64,000 bases of DNA, from positions 1 through 64,000 of IMG/VR virus record IMGVR_UViG_3300031466_000058, one strand, 5' to 3'. Below the pieces are notes generated by a model. The model was given only the letters and a program-made list of their open reading frames with translations. It ran no database searches and was not told where the DNA came from. This DNA comes from a virus. Taxonomy: Duplodnaviria > Caudoviricetes. The translations under genes and the position numbers were made by a program. This document shows positions 1 to 10,577 of the stretch, piece by piece (position 1 is the stretch's first letter; each line of letters opens with the position of its first letter).

Positions 1-584
1 TGAACTGTTTGAAAGCAGATTACAATAAGATATTTAAGAGTGAAGTAATCACTAACATGATTAAGATTTTAGGTTGTGGAGTTGAAGTTAAATCAAAACA
101 TGCTAAAGATATAAATTACTTTGATATCAATAATCTTCGATGGTCTAAGATAATTATTACGACTGACGCTGATGTTGACGGTTATCATATTCGCTGTCTA
201 GTGCTGACAGTATTCCATAGATTAATGCCTACATTAATTGAAAAAGGTAAGGTATTTATCGCATTATCTCCATTATACGAAATCCTTGATAAACAGGAAA
301 ATTCTCATTTTGCTTATAATGAAGCCGAAAAAGAGAAGATTCTTAAAGAATTGGGGAGTAATGTTTTGGCTATCCAACGCTCAAAGGGTCTTGGAGAAAA
401 TACACCTAAGATGATGTGGAATACAACAATGAATCCAGAGACACGCAGACTAATTCAAATTACACCAGATAACGCTGAAGAAATGCTTAAATATTTTGAG
501 ATGTTTATGGGTGATGATTTAGAAGGTCGTAAGGAGTATATTGCAGACAACCTTTCTGAATATATCGAAGAAGCACTTGACTAA
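1..584 (+). CDS. gyrB: Type IIA topoisomerase B subunit, C-terminal part (start lies upstream of the window)
   Basis: TOPRIM motif IIITTDADVDGYHI, plus RSKGLGE and MNPETRRL; directly followed by the A subunit. Confidence 0.95.
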   Translation, partial: NCLKADYNKIFKSEVITNMIKILGCGVEVKSKHAKDINYFDINNLRWSKIIITTDADVDGYHIRCLVLTVFHRLMPTLIEKGKVFIALSPLYEILDKQENSHFAYNEAEKEKILKELGSNVLAIQRSKGLGENTPKMMWNTTMNPETRRLIQITPDNAEEMLKYFEMFMGDDLEGRKEYIADNLSEYIEEALD

Positions 585-637
585 CATAAAAAAAATTATG
601 GTATAATATATTTATAGAGACAGAAAGGGCTGATTAA

Positions 638-2806
638 ATGAGTAACGTAATTAAAATGGATACGACAACAGCATTAAAAGAAAATTTTATGCCATATTCT
701 GCACATGTCATTCTTGATAGGGCGTTGCCAGAAATAGATGGCTTCAAACCTTCTCAACGAAGAATCTTATATACAATGTATAAGATGGGGTTACTTAAAG
801 GTGCAAGAAAGAAGTCGCAGACGATTGTAGGGCAAACTATGGCTCTACACCCTCATGGCGATAGTGCAATATATGAAACATTGGTGCGTATGGCTAGAGA
901 CGCTGAATCTCTATTGATATCTTGGATTGATTCTAAGGGTAACTTTGGTAAACATTATTCAAGAGATATGCAATATGCAAGTTCTAGGTACACCGAAGCT
1001 AGACTGATGCCTATTGCAAAGGAATTATTTAGAGATATTGATAAAAATACTGTTGATATGATTGATAGTTATGATGGCGAAACAAAAGAACCTAGATTAC
1101 TACCTGTTTCTTTCCCTACTATTCTTACAAATCCGATTCAAGGTACAGCAGTAGGCATGGGAACGAATATAGCACCATTCAATATCAACGAGGTTATTGA
1201 TTTTACGATTGCTTACTTAAAGAATCCAAAGGTTAAGGTTGGTGATTATATTAAAGCACCAGACTTTCCAACAGGTGCAAATATCATTTATGATGAGAAA
1301 GTGCTTAACGATATTTTTGAAACAGGTCGTGGGTCTATTCAAATTCGTGCCAAATATAAAATAGATGGTGATACAATCATTTTCACAGAGATACCATATA
1401 CAACAACTTATGAAGCTATCGTTGATAAGATTGTAGATTTGGTACGAGAAGGTAAATTTAAAGAAATTGTAGACATTCACGACAGGCTAGGTATCGATAA
1501 GAAAACAGAAGAAGTTAGTCAAGGTTTGGAGATTACAGTTAAGAAAAATGTTGATAAAGAGATGTTTGTTGAGAAGCTTTTTAGCATGACACCTCTACAA
1601 TCATCATATAGCTGTAATTTTAATTTGATTGTTAACGGTAAACCAGAGGTGCTAGGAGTTAAACAAATAGTGCATGAATGGCTACAATTCAGAGTTAATA
1701 CAATCAAACGTGGTGCTGAATTTGACGTTAAAAAGAAACAGCATAAAAGACATATGCTACTTGCTTTACAGAAAGTAATCTTAGATATTGACAAAGCTAT
1801 TGCAATAATCAGAGAAACAAAGAATAATAGAGAGACGATTTCTAGTTTAATGAAAGCATTTGATATTGATGAAGAACAAGCTGAATATGTTGCAGAAATC
1901 AAGTTAAAATACCTTAATAAAGAGTATTTAATAAATCGTATTGAAGAGATTAAAAATCTTGAAGAAGATATCAATAACCTTCAAATGCTGATTAATGATA
2001 AGAAAACTATGGCTAAGTTTATCATAAAGCAATTACAGGAAATCAAGGATAATTATGGTCAAGAGCGTAAAACTGGAATCATTGAGATTAAAGAGATTCC
2101 TAGAGCTAAAATTGAAGAATCAAAAATTGATGATTATAATGTGCGTATATTCTTTAGTAAAGAAGGGTATATTAAAAAGATTCCTCTAACATCATTGCGT
2201 GGCAATTTCAACATTCGAGTTAAAGATGGAGATTACATAATTAACGAAGTAGAAACAACAAACAATTCTGAAATCCTAATATTTACAGATAATAAGAATG
2301 TTTATAAAATTAGAACGCATGAATTAGAGGATAATAAGCCAAGTCAATTAGGAACTTATCTACCTACTTACTTAGAGCTAAAAGATGAAGAAATTCTATA
2401 TGCGACAGCAACTAACGACCATAAAGGTTATCTGTTGGTCGGGTTTGACGATGGTAAAATGGCTAAGATTGAGATGTCAGCATATGAAACTAAAACAAAT
2501 AGAACTATGTTAAAGAATGCATATGCAGACAAGAATGCTATTTACTTCAATCATATCCAAGAGGATATAGATGTTGTTGCTGTATCGTCAATCGATAAGG
2601 TGTTGGTATTCAATACATCTATGATTAATCCTAAAACAAGTAAAACCACTATTGGTGTTACTGTTATGAAATCTAAGAATGACAGTTTTGTTAAAAATTA
2701 TTACACATTAGATGGTGATTATGAAGAGGTTGAATACTATCGAACAGTAGGTGCAGGAGTAGGTAAATATTTGAGAAAAGGGGATTTTTCTTCTTTAATT
2801 AAATAA
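638..2806 (+). CDS. gyrA: Type IIA topoisomerase A subunit (GyrA/ParC-like)
   Basis: DRALPEIDGFKPSQRRILY, HPHGDSAIY, catalytic SRYTEAR; C-terminal pinwheel-like repeats. Confidence 0.95.
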   Translation: MSNVIKMDTTTALKENFMPYSAHVILDRALPEIDGFKPSQRRILYTMYKMGLLKGARKKSQTIVGQTMALHPHGDSAIYETLVRMARDAESLLISWIDSKGNFGKHYSRDMQYASSRYTEARLMPIAKELFRDIDKNTVDMIDSYDGETKEPRLLPVSFPTILTNPIQGTAVGMGTNIAPFNINEVIDFTIAYLKNPKVKVGDYIKAPDFPTGANIIYDEKVLNDIFETGRGSIQIRAKYKIDGDTIIFTEIPYTTTYEAIVDKIVDLVREGKFKEIVDIHDRLGIDKKTEEVSQGLEITVKKNVDKEMFVEKLFSMTPLQSSYSCNFNLIVNGKPEVLGVKQIVHEWLQFRVNTIKRGAEFDVKKKQHKRHMLLALQKVILDIDKAIAIIRETKNNRETISSLMKAFDIDEEQAEYVAEIKLKYLNKEYLINRIEEIKNLEEDINNLQMLINDKKTMAKFIIKQLQEIKDNYGQERKTGIIEIKEIPRAKIEESKIDDYNVRIFFSKEGYIKKIPLTSLRGNFNIRVKDGDYIINEVETTNNSEILIFTDNKNVYKIRTHELEDNKPSQLGTYLPTYLELKDEEILYATATNDHKGYLLVGFDDGKMAKIEMSAYETKTNRTMLKNAYADKNAIYFNHIQEDIDVVAVSSIDKVLVFNTSMINPKTSKTTIGVTVMKSKNDSFVKNYYTLDGDYEEVEYYRTVGAGVGKYLRKGDFSSLIK

Positions 2807-2813
2807 AAAGAAC

Positions 2814-2842
2814 TTGACAAGCATTAAAAATAATGGTATAAC
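2814..2842 (+). promoter_or_regulatory. sigma-A promoter with extended -10
   Basis: TTGACA-N17-TATAAC preceded by TAATGG. Confidence 0.8.
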
Positions 2843-2897
2843 ATAATTACAGGCAACGAAATAAGTTGCCTGTAAAATGTCAAAAGGAGAGATGAAG

Positions 2898-3014
2898 ATG
2901 TCTTACATAATTTCTCTATTAATTATATTTGGTGTTGTTTGATGGTTGTTAAGCAGTTATATAGCTGAAATTTTAAAGGGCAAAAACCAGAAGCTATTGA
3001 AAATTCTTGGTTGA
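2898..3014 (+). pseudogene. Small membrane protein with internal stop
   Basis: RBS AAGGAG; MSYIISLLIIFGVV*WLLSSYIAEILK, hydrophobic frame continues past TGA 2940-2942. Confidence 0.45.
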
Positions 3015-3148
3015 AAGCTAGAATGAGAGAATCTGCTTTGGCAGTTATATAATTAGTTTAATAAAGAAGGGTAAAATTTGGACACATATTACATAACTAG
3101 TAAAAAGTATAGTATTTGTACTAGGATTTCATTATAAGTGGTGATAAT

Positions 3149-3556
3149 ATGTCTATTTATAGACACTTTAAAGGTGGATTATATTTCTTAGAAGGTTATG
3201 TTTATCCTGTTGGTAGAGTTCCTAATAAGGAACATGAAGAAAATGGAGTCAACTATGTTGTCGCTTATTTAGAAACAGCTTTGTATGAAGAAAATTTAGA
3301 AAGTGTAGACATATATATAGTTTATGATAGAAGTACAAAATATTCATTCTATGTTTATAAGAATGAAGATATTGATGGTGTAATGGCATTCTATAGAGGT
3401 TTAGATGGTAGATACTGGCTAAGACCTAAAGACAAATTCCATGAAAATGTGGTTGTTAAAGATAAGGAAATGGGAGTTACATATGAAGTGCCAAGATTTG
3501 AGAAAATTGATGGAGAGCATTTATTTGATGTTATGTCCGAAATAGTAGATAAGTAA
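3149..3556 (+). CDS. DUF1653-like protein
   Basis: N-terminal YRHFKGGLY and C-terminal WLRPKDKF...VPRFEKI motifs. Confidence 0.65.
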   Translation: MSIYRHFKGGLYFLEGYVYPVGRVPNKEHEENGVNYVVAYLETALYEENLESVDIYIVYDRSTKYSFYVYKNEDIDGVMAFYRGLDGRYWLRPKDKFHENVVVKDKEMGVTYEVPRFEKIDGEHLFDVMSEIVDK

Positions 3557-3569
3557 TGTAGTATATAAC

Positions 3570-3598
3570 TTGACATTAAATACTAAATATGCTATAAT
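3570..3598 (+). promoter_or_regulatory. sigma-A promoter for the nrd operon
   Basis: TTGACA-N17-TATAAT with TG extension. Confidence 0.85.
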
Positions 3599-3690
3599 TA
3601 GTATTACGTTATGAAAAGAAGCACTATATATTGTGCTTCTTAATTAATCTAATAAAAATAAATAATAATTATTTAAGGAGTGTAGCATCA

Positions 3691-4176
3691 ATGAAAGCAT
3701 ATTTAGCCAATGGACTATTCAGTCTGGCAGACAGAATGTTTAATAAGTATTTAGCTGATTTATTACGAAAAAAGATTAAAAATCTTGATTTATTTGTACC
3801 ACAAGAACAGGAGATTAATGATAAGTCAAGTTATGCAAATTCAGAAATGATTGCAGAATTAGATACTAACAAATTGTTAGAATCAGATATTCTTATTGCA
3901 GTTATTGACGGTGTTGAGATTGATGCTGGTGTAGCGACTGAAATAGGTGTCTTTTATAGTACAGGTAAACCTATTGTCGCATTGTATACAGATGTTAGAA
4001 AACAAGGTAGAGACAATAATAAAAAAATTGAAGCATTAATTGCTGATGGAAATGAAAATCAATTCATGTATCGAAACTTATACACAGTTGGGATTATTAA
4101 AAAAAGAGGTACTATAGTCGATACTGTAGATGAATTAATTGAGGAAATTGAAAAGATTGAAAAATCTTTACTATAA
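3691..4176 (+). CDS. Nucleoside 2-deoxyribosyltransferase family protein
   Basis: YLANGLFS, FVPQE, DAGVATEIGV and NLY motifs; RBS AAGGAG before ATG 3691. Confidence 0.85.
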   Translation: MKAYLANGLFSLADRMFNKYLADLLRKKIKNLDLFVPQEQEINDKSSYANSEMIAELDTNKLLESDILIAVIDGVEIDAGVATEIGVFYSTGKPIVALYTDVRKQGRDNNKKIEALIADGNENQFMYRNLYTVGIIKKRGTIVDTVDELIEEIEKIEKSLL

Positions 4177-4205
4177 AATAGATATAATAAAGGAGTATGA
4201 TTTAG

Positions 4206-4475
4206 ATGACGAAAGTAATAGTTTACACAAAAAATAATTGTCCTGCATGTGAAATGACAAAAATGGTATTAAAAAATGAAGGAGTCGAATTTAAGACAGT
4301 CAATATCGAAGAAGTAAATGAAATTGAAGTAGAGATTAATGGACAAATCGTTAAGAAAAATCCTATTGAATATATTAAAGAAGATTTAGGATTTTCAGCT
4401 ACACCTGTTGTTGTTGCAGATGGACATGAGCCATTTGGAGGTTTTCAACCAGAAAAGTTGAAAGGGTTGAAATGA
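4206..4475 (+). CDS. nrdH: NrdH glutaredoxin-like protein
   Basis: YTKNNCPACEMTK CxxC, TPVV, GFQPEK; position in the nrd operon. Confidence 0.9.
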   Translation: MTKVIVYTKNNCPACEMTKMVLKNEGVEFKTVNIEEVNEIEVEINGQIVKKNPIEYIKEDLGFSATPVVVADGHEPFGGFQPEKLKGLK

Positions 4476-4476
4476 T

Positions 4477-4857
4477 GTGTTGGTGGTCTACTTATCTTTA
4501 ACTGGGAACACTAGGAGATTTGTTGAAAAACTTGATATGAAATCTTTAGAAATCAACCAAATGCAACCAGAAGTAGAAGTAAATGAAGATTATGTATTTA
4601 TTCTTCCTACATACAGTGATGAATTGACGGATATTGCTGAGAGATTCATCACATATAAAAATAATAAAAAATATCTAAAAGGTATTATTGGCAGTGGAGA
4701 GAAGAATTTTGGTACTAAATATATATTTAGTGCCAAAGATTTGTCTAAAAGAGTGAATGCGCCAATAATTTTTGATTTTGAAAAAAGTGGCAACAATACA
4801 GATATAGAAACTTTTAAAAAGGAAGTGTATAGAATTGAAATCACCAAAGCTAAGTAA
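4477..4857 (+). CDS. nrdI: NrdI flavodoxin
   Basis: YLSLTGNTRRFV, LPTY, IGSGEKNFG, FEKSG. Confidence 0.92.
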   Translation: MLVVYLSLTGNTRRFVEKLDMKSLEINQMQPEVEVNEDYVFILPTYSDELTDIAERFITYKNNKKYLKGIIGSGEKNFGTKYIFSAKDLSKRVNAPIIFDFEKSGNNTDIETFKKEVYRIEITKAK

Positions 4858-6697
4858 ACAAGCAAAGAAAACAACATATTTTGAATTAAACAACCTATTA
4901 AATATCCCAAAAGATGGCAGAATCCAATTAGACAAGGATAGAGAAGCGGTAAGAGCTTATTTTTTGGAGTATGTAAATCCAAATACTGTATTTTTCCATA
5001 CACTTGATGAGAAGTTAGATTATTTAGTTGAGAATAATTACATTAAAAAAGATTTTCTAGAAAAATATGATAGAAAATTTATTAAAAAATTATTTAAAAG
5101 GGTATATGATAAAAAATTCAGATTTAAAAGTTTTATGGGGGCTTATAAATTTTATTCTCAGTATGCATTAAAAACTAATGACGGTGAAAGATTTTTAGAA
5201 AGATATGAAGACAGGATTGCATTTAATGCATTAGCATTAGCCAACGGTGATGAGCAATTGGCTTTAGATTTGGCAGATGAACTAATCAATCAAAGATATC
5301 AGCCTGCTACACCAACATTTTTAAACATCGGTAAAGCTAGAGCAGGAGAAATGGTGTCGTGTTTTAAAGAAGATGCGATTATTAGGACAATTGATGGATA
5401 TAAGAAAATTAAAGATGTAACAAAATTAGACAGAGTATTAACTCATGATGGTACATATAAAAAAGTCTTGGGGTTAAATAAAAGATATTCAAATGACGAT
5501 ATTGTCACTTTGAATGTTGTAGGACAAGAAAAATCACTGTCGGCAACAATAGAACACCCTGTATTGATTTATAGACCAAATATAAAAAACAACAAAAACA
5601 AAATTAAACCAATATTAACTGGTGATGGAGATACACATAATTTAAAATGGTTAAAAATTGAAGATGTTATTAAAGGAGATTATGTATCTGTATCATTTGA
5701 AAAATTTAATCAAAACGAAGGAAAAGAAATTAATATTTTCGATTATCTTAGTGATGATATTAAAAAACATTTGTTTATAAATGAAGAAGGAATGATTTGC
5801 TTTAAAACAATAGATTATAAGAACAACAAAAAGAAAGGATATGAATATAGTAAAAAATCAAACAAAGTAAAGAATAAAATTATAATCAATGAAGAATTTG
5901 GTAGAATGTTAGGGTATTATATTTCAGAAGGATATATTCATCGTGAAAATGGTGAAATAAAAGGTGTCAAATTTACATTCGCAACAAAAGAGAAAGATTA
6001 TATTGAAGATGTTATGAATATCTCTAAAGAAATATTCGGAGTAGATTGTGTTAAAAATAACAACAAAGATAATTCGACAAATGTATGCATATGGTCAAAA
6101 ATTATTGGAGATTTCTTTAATAATATTATTGGTAGTGGATTTGATAAAAAGATTATTACAAATGATTTCTTAAAAAATACTACACGAAGTTTCATGAAGG
6201 GTGTTATTATAGGTGCTTTTAGAGGTGATGGTTGTACATCTACAAATTCAATAATTCTTGAAATGACAAATCCAAACATGGTTAAGCAAATAAGAGATTT
6301 TGCATTTAACATTGGGATACTCACATATTACAAAAGAAATAGAACACAAAGTGGAAAATATTCTGGGAGATTGTCAATACCTATTATTAACTATGACAAT
6401 GAAAAATTTGTAAGAGAAATTAATAAAGATATTTACAAAATAAAACATAACATAATTTATTCATCTGCAAATGCAATGTGGATAGACGGATACCCTGTTT
6501 ATAAAGTAAAAAGTATTTCAAGAGAAAAAAATAGTGGTTTTGTGTATAATTTAGAAGTAGAAGATAATCACACATATTCAGCTGAGGGATTTATAGTACA
6601 TAACTGCTTCCTTATTACAGTATCTGATGATATGAACAGTATTGGTAGAAGTGTTAATTCGTCATTGCAACTGTCTAAAATAGGCGGTGGAGTGGGT
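4835..6697 (+). CDS. nrdE: Class Ib RNR alpha subunit, exon 1 (contains intein)
   Basis: SFMGAYKFY, YQPATPTFLN, GEMVS/CFL, QLSKIGGGVG; joins INLSNIR at 7531. Confidence 0.93.
5360..6604 (+). mobile_element. Intein (415 aa) with LAGLIDADG endonuclease in NrdE
   Basis: Starts CFKEDA; block B TIEHP; GYYISEG and GAFRGDG; ends VYNLEVEDNHTY...VHN followed by +1 Cys; removal restores GEMVSCFL. Confidence 0.95.
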
Positions 6698-7530
6698 AGA
6701 CTTTAAAGGTTATGCTCACTATAAACCTTGTGAACTCAAGTCAAAGAGGTGTCCTCAAATTTGAGGGCTAACGGGGAAGCCTAAGTCTGAAAAGATATGG
6801 CAATCCCGTGCCAAGCATCAACAAATTTCCTAACTGCCAATATATTATGTGACAGGTGATACATATGGAAGTTATTTGGAAGAAAATAGATGGTTTTGAC
6901 AAATATATGATATCGAATAAGGGTGATATATTAAGTTTAAACAAAAATAAAAATGGAAGGTTAATGAAGCCAAAAGAAGATAAAGACGGTTATTTAGAAG
7001 TTGGGATTAGAGACAATAACGGAAATAGAAAATTTTTTAGAATACATAGACTTGTTGCAATGGCTTTTCTTGAAAATCCAAACAACCTTCCAGTAGTAAA
7101 TCATAAAGATGGCAATAAGAAAAATAATTGTGTTGAAAATTTAGAGTGGTGTACGATATCTGAAAACACTAAACATGGATTTGAGGTATTAGGCAGAAAA
7201 GGACATAATGGCGGTACGAATAAATTAATTGCAAAAATATGTGTCAAAACCAACAAAATAATTAATATATATAATTCTATACATGATGCTTCAAAAGATG
7301 TTGGAGTTACAGTGCAAGCTATATCTAGATGTGCAAATGGTAAAAACAAGACATCGGCAGGATTTAAATGGAAATTTGTTGATGAAGGTGTAGAGACTAT
7401 CGAAACCACATCTTAAATGATGGAAGGGAGTAGAGTAGGTTGGAGATTGACACCAACCGAAGCGCAAGGGCAGGATTTTAAAAATCCTATAAGATATAGT
7501 CCAGCCCTCATGGAAACATGGGGAGAACTG
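6698..7530 (+). mobile_element. Group I intron 1 of nrdE (833 nt, encodes HNH)
   Basis: 5' exon ends in U (AGTGGGT), which pairs with IGS GCTCACT 6714-6720; terminal G at 7530; P7 halves AGAGACTA and GATATAGTCC; 15-bp stem 6816-6830/7370-7384 encloses most of the ORF; splicing restores GGGVG-INLSNIR. Confidence 0.93.
6856..7416 (+). CDS. Intron-encoded NUMOD4-HNH-NUMOD1 homing endonuclease
   Basis: WKKIDGFDKYMISNKG; HRLVAMAF; VNHKDGNKKNNCVENLEW; C-terminal ISRCANGK..AGFKWK. Confidence 0.93.
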   Translation: MIHMEVIWKKIDGFDKYMISNKGDILSLNKNKNGRLMKPKEDKDGYLEVGIRDNNGNRKFFRIHRLVAMAFLENPNNLPVVNHKDGNKKNNCVENLEWCTISENTKHGFEVLGRKGHNGGTNKLIAKICVKTNKIINIYNSIHDASKDVGVTVQAISRCANGKNKTSAGFKWKFVDEGVETIETTS

Positions 7531-8668
7531 ATTAACCTATCAAATATTCGTGCAAACAATGACCCAATCAAAGGAGTCTACGGACTTGCAGATGGTGTTG
7601 TACCTGTGATGAAATTATATGAAGATGCTTTCTCATATGCAAACCAAGGTGGTGCAAGAGATGGTGCAGGAGTAGTATATCTAAACATTTTCCATGCTGA
7701 TGTTGTAGACTTCCTCTCTGTGCGTAAGGAAAATGCAGATGAAAAAGTACGCATTAAGACATTATCATTAGGTTTAATTGTACCAGATAAATTCTATGAA
7801 TTAATTAAAAATGATGATGATATGTATTTATTCTCACCATATGATGTACAAAAAGAGTATGGTAAACCATTCTCAGAAATTGATATCACAGAAGAGTACG
7901 ATAGAATGGTAGCAAATGATAATATTAGAAAAATTAAAATCAAAGCACGTGAACTCGAAACAGAGATTAGCAACTTACAGAATGAGTCAGGTTATCCATA
8001 TATTATTAATATTGACCATGCAAACCGAGCAAATCCTATTCATGGAAAAATCCTAATGAGTAATTTATGTACAGAGATTTTCCAAGTACAAAAAGATTCT
8101 ATCATCAACAATGACCAAACATATGAAGTGTTAGGTCATGATGTTAGTTGTAATTTGGGGTCAACCAATATTGTAAATTTAATGGATTCACCAGATTTTG
8201 GTAAATCGGTACGGACAATGTTAAGAGCATTAACGTTTGTATCTGATGAGTCTAATATTGGAGTAGTGCCTACTGTCAAAAAAGGAAATGAGATGTATCA
8301 TTCTGTTGGTTTGGGTGCTATGAATTTGCATGGCTTCTTAGCTAAAAACAAAATTCATTATGGCTCACCAGAAGCTTTAGAATTTGTAGACACCTACTTT
8401 ATGCTATTGAACTATTGGACTTTGGTTGAAAGCAATAATATTGCCAAAGAGCGTGGAAAAACATTCCATGAGTTTGAAAAATCTGAATATGCAAATGGAG
8501 AATATTTTAGAAAATATCTATCTAAAATTGATGGATATAAAGAATCAAATGAATTTAGTTTTAAGTTTGATAAGATTAAAAAATTATTCAAAAACATTTT
8601 TATTCCTTCTTTAGAAGACTGGAAGAAGCTTGAAGAAAAAATTAAAAAATATGGTTTATACAATGCAT
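7531..8668 (+). CDS. nrdE: NrdE exon 2
   Basis: NQGGARDGAG, ESGYPY, thiyl motif SNLCTEI, SCNLGS, GLGAMNLHG. Confidence 0.93.
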
Positions 8669-9020
8669 AATTTTTTGTGCCATTACATGGTGACATGTAT
8701 TGAATAACGGATTTAAATGCTGGAAAACCCTAAAGCCCTTCTGCCAAAGCGGAATCCGAAAGGATAGACGTGATGGAGCGAGAGCAGAAAAAAGTGAAGG
8801 GATTTATAGAGAGCAGAAATGGACTCTATAAGTACAATGGGTAATCAGCAGGGAACTACCGTATAGGTAGACCCTCAACGACTACCATATCCGCATCTGA
8901 CAATCAGAAAGATTTATAGTGGTGATAATCATCCATCAAAATATATTGTCAGATGATTGTATAGTCTACTCCCACTTCCTAGAGAAGTGTTAAAGTATCC
9001 CGAAAGGGAGGGTATAAAGG
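8669..9020 (+). mobile_element. Group I intron 2 of nrdE (352 nt, ORF-less)
   Basis: Exon GCAT pairs with GTGC (U-G splice pair); P7 halves CAACGACTA and GTATAGTCT; stem 8894-8904/8945-8955; terminal G at 9020; splicing gives GLYNA-Y-RLAVAPTGSIS. Confidence 0.9.
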
Positions 9021-9472
9021 ATAGATTAGCAGTTGCCCCTACGGGCAGTATTAGTTATGTCAATGAATCGACAGCTTCTATTCATCCAATTACTCAAAAA
9101 ATCGAAGAAAGAACAGAAGGAAAGCGTGGGAAAGTTTACTACCCTGCACCATACCTATCTGATGAAACAATCCCTTACTATGTTTCAGCATATGATATTG
9201 ACCAAAGGAAAATCATTGATACATATGCTGTGGCAGGGAAGCACATCGATCAAGGTGCAAGTATGACATTATTTATGCGAACAGAGCTACCAGAAGGTAT
9301 GTATGAGTGGAAAGTGAATAGCAAATATCCAACCAAGAAAACAACTAGAGATTTAAATATCCTAAGAAACTATGCATGGAAAAAAGGAGTAAAATCTATT
9401 TACTACATTAGAACATACTCAGAAGACGGAAATGAAATCGGTGCTAATCAGTGCGAAAGTTGCTCAATTTAA
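9021..9472 (+). CDS. nrdE: NrdE exon 3
   Basis: APTGSISY, HIDQGASMTLF, KSIYYIR, C-terminal CESC. Confidence 0.93.
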
Positions 9473-9494
9473 CAACATAGGAGGAATGAAGTTT

Positions 9495-10469
9495 ATGTCT
9501 AGAATTAATAAACCTAATGATAATGTATACAAAACAGTAAACTGGAACGCCATCGAAGATATGATTGATAAAATGACTTATGAAAAACTTACAGAGCAAT
9601 TCTGGTTATCTACCAGAATGCCTGTAGGTAAAGATAAGACAGATTGGAGAAATATGCCAAGAGAAGAACAGCGACTCGTTGAAAGAGTGTTTGGAGGATT
9701 GGCACTATTAGACACGTTGCAATCAGAAGAAGGTGGATTAGCAATTCGTGAAGACGCTAGAACTCAACATGAAATTGCAGTCTATAACAATATTCAATTC
9801 ATGGAATCCGAACATGCTAGAAGTTATTCTTCTATCTTTAGCACACTAAACACTAATAGTGAGATAAAGAGCATCTTTAAATGGGCAGATAATGATAAAC
9901 ATTTACAAAAGAAAGCTAAATTAATTAATAATGTTTATCAAAATGGCACATCATTACAAAAGAAAGTGGCTAGTGTGTTTCTAGAATCTTTCTTATTTTA
10001 TAGTGGATTCTATACTCCCATCTATTATCTTGGTAAAGCCAAATTAATCAATACAGCAGAGGTAATTAAGCTAATTATTCGTGATGAATCTGTGCATGGT
10101 ACTTATATTGGATACAAATTCCAATTAGGATACAATGAATTATCAGAAAAGGAACAGCAAGAATTAAAGTCATGGGCATATCAATTCTTATATGAGCTAT
10201 ATGAGAATGAAATGGCGTATACAGAGTTTCTATATGATGAAGTTGGGTGGACAGAAGATGTTAAAACTTTTGTAAGATATAATGCAAATAAATCATTAAT
10301 GAATTTAGGATTCGAGCCTTTATTCCCAGATACAGCAGAAGATGTAAATCCAATTGTTATAAACGGATTGTCAACAGGAACAACAAATCATGACTTCTTC
10401 TCAACAGTAGGTAATGGGTACTTGTTGTCGGAAGTAGAAGAGATGCAAGACTCAGATTATGACTATTAA
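9495..10469 (+). CDS. nrdF: Class Ib RNR beta subunit
   Basis: LLDTLQ, ESEHARSY, LESFLFYSGF, RDESVHG, HDFFS..GNGY; all metal ligands present. Confidence 0.95.
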   Translation: MSRINKPNDNVYKTVNWNAIEDMIDKMTYEKLTEQFWLSTRMPVGKDKTDWRNMPREEQRLVERVFGGLALLDTLQSEEGGLAIREDARTQHEIAVYNNIQFMESEHARSYSSIFSTLNTNSEIKSIFKWADNDKHLQKKAKLINNVYQNGTSLQKKVASVFLESFLFYSGFYTPIYYLGKAKLINTAEVIKLIIRDESVHGTYIGYKFQLGYNELSEKEQQELKSWAYQFLYELYENEMAYTEFLYDEVGWTEDVKTFVRYNANKSLMNLGFEPLFPDTAEDVNPIVINGLSTGTTNHDFFSTVGNGYLLSEVEEMQDSDYDY

Positions 10470-10483
10470 TTTAATAAACTCTC

Positions 10484-10512
10484 TTGACATAAATAAAAAA
10501 TAATGGTATAAT
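10484..10512 (+). promoter_or_regulatory. sigma-A promoter
   Basis: TTGACA-N17-TATAAT; TAATGG-TATAAT. Confidence 0.85.
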
Positions 10513-10577
10513 AAAGGTATGTTGAGGGGAGAAATCCCCTCTAAAATAAAAATATTGATAAAAAGGGGAATGTAAAC

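Noticed and set aside
7417-7530. N-terminal 38 aa of the track ORF 7417..8670, and 8957-9020 of ORF 8957..9472
   Set aside because: These are translations of intron core RNA; the true exons start at 7531 and 9021.
9495-10469. Metal-free class Ie RNR
   Set aside because: All Asp/Glu/His metal ligands are present, so this is class Ib.
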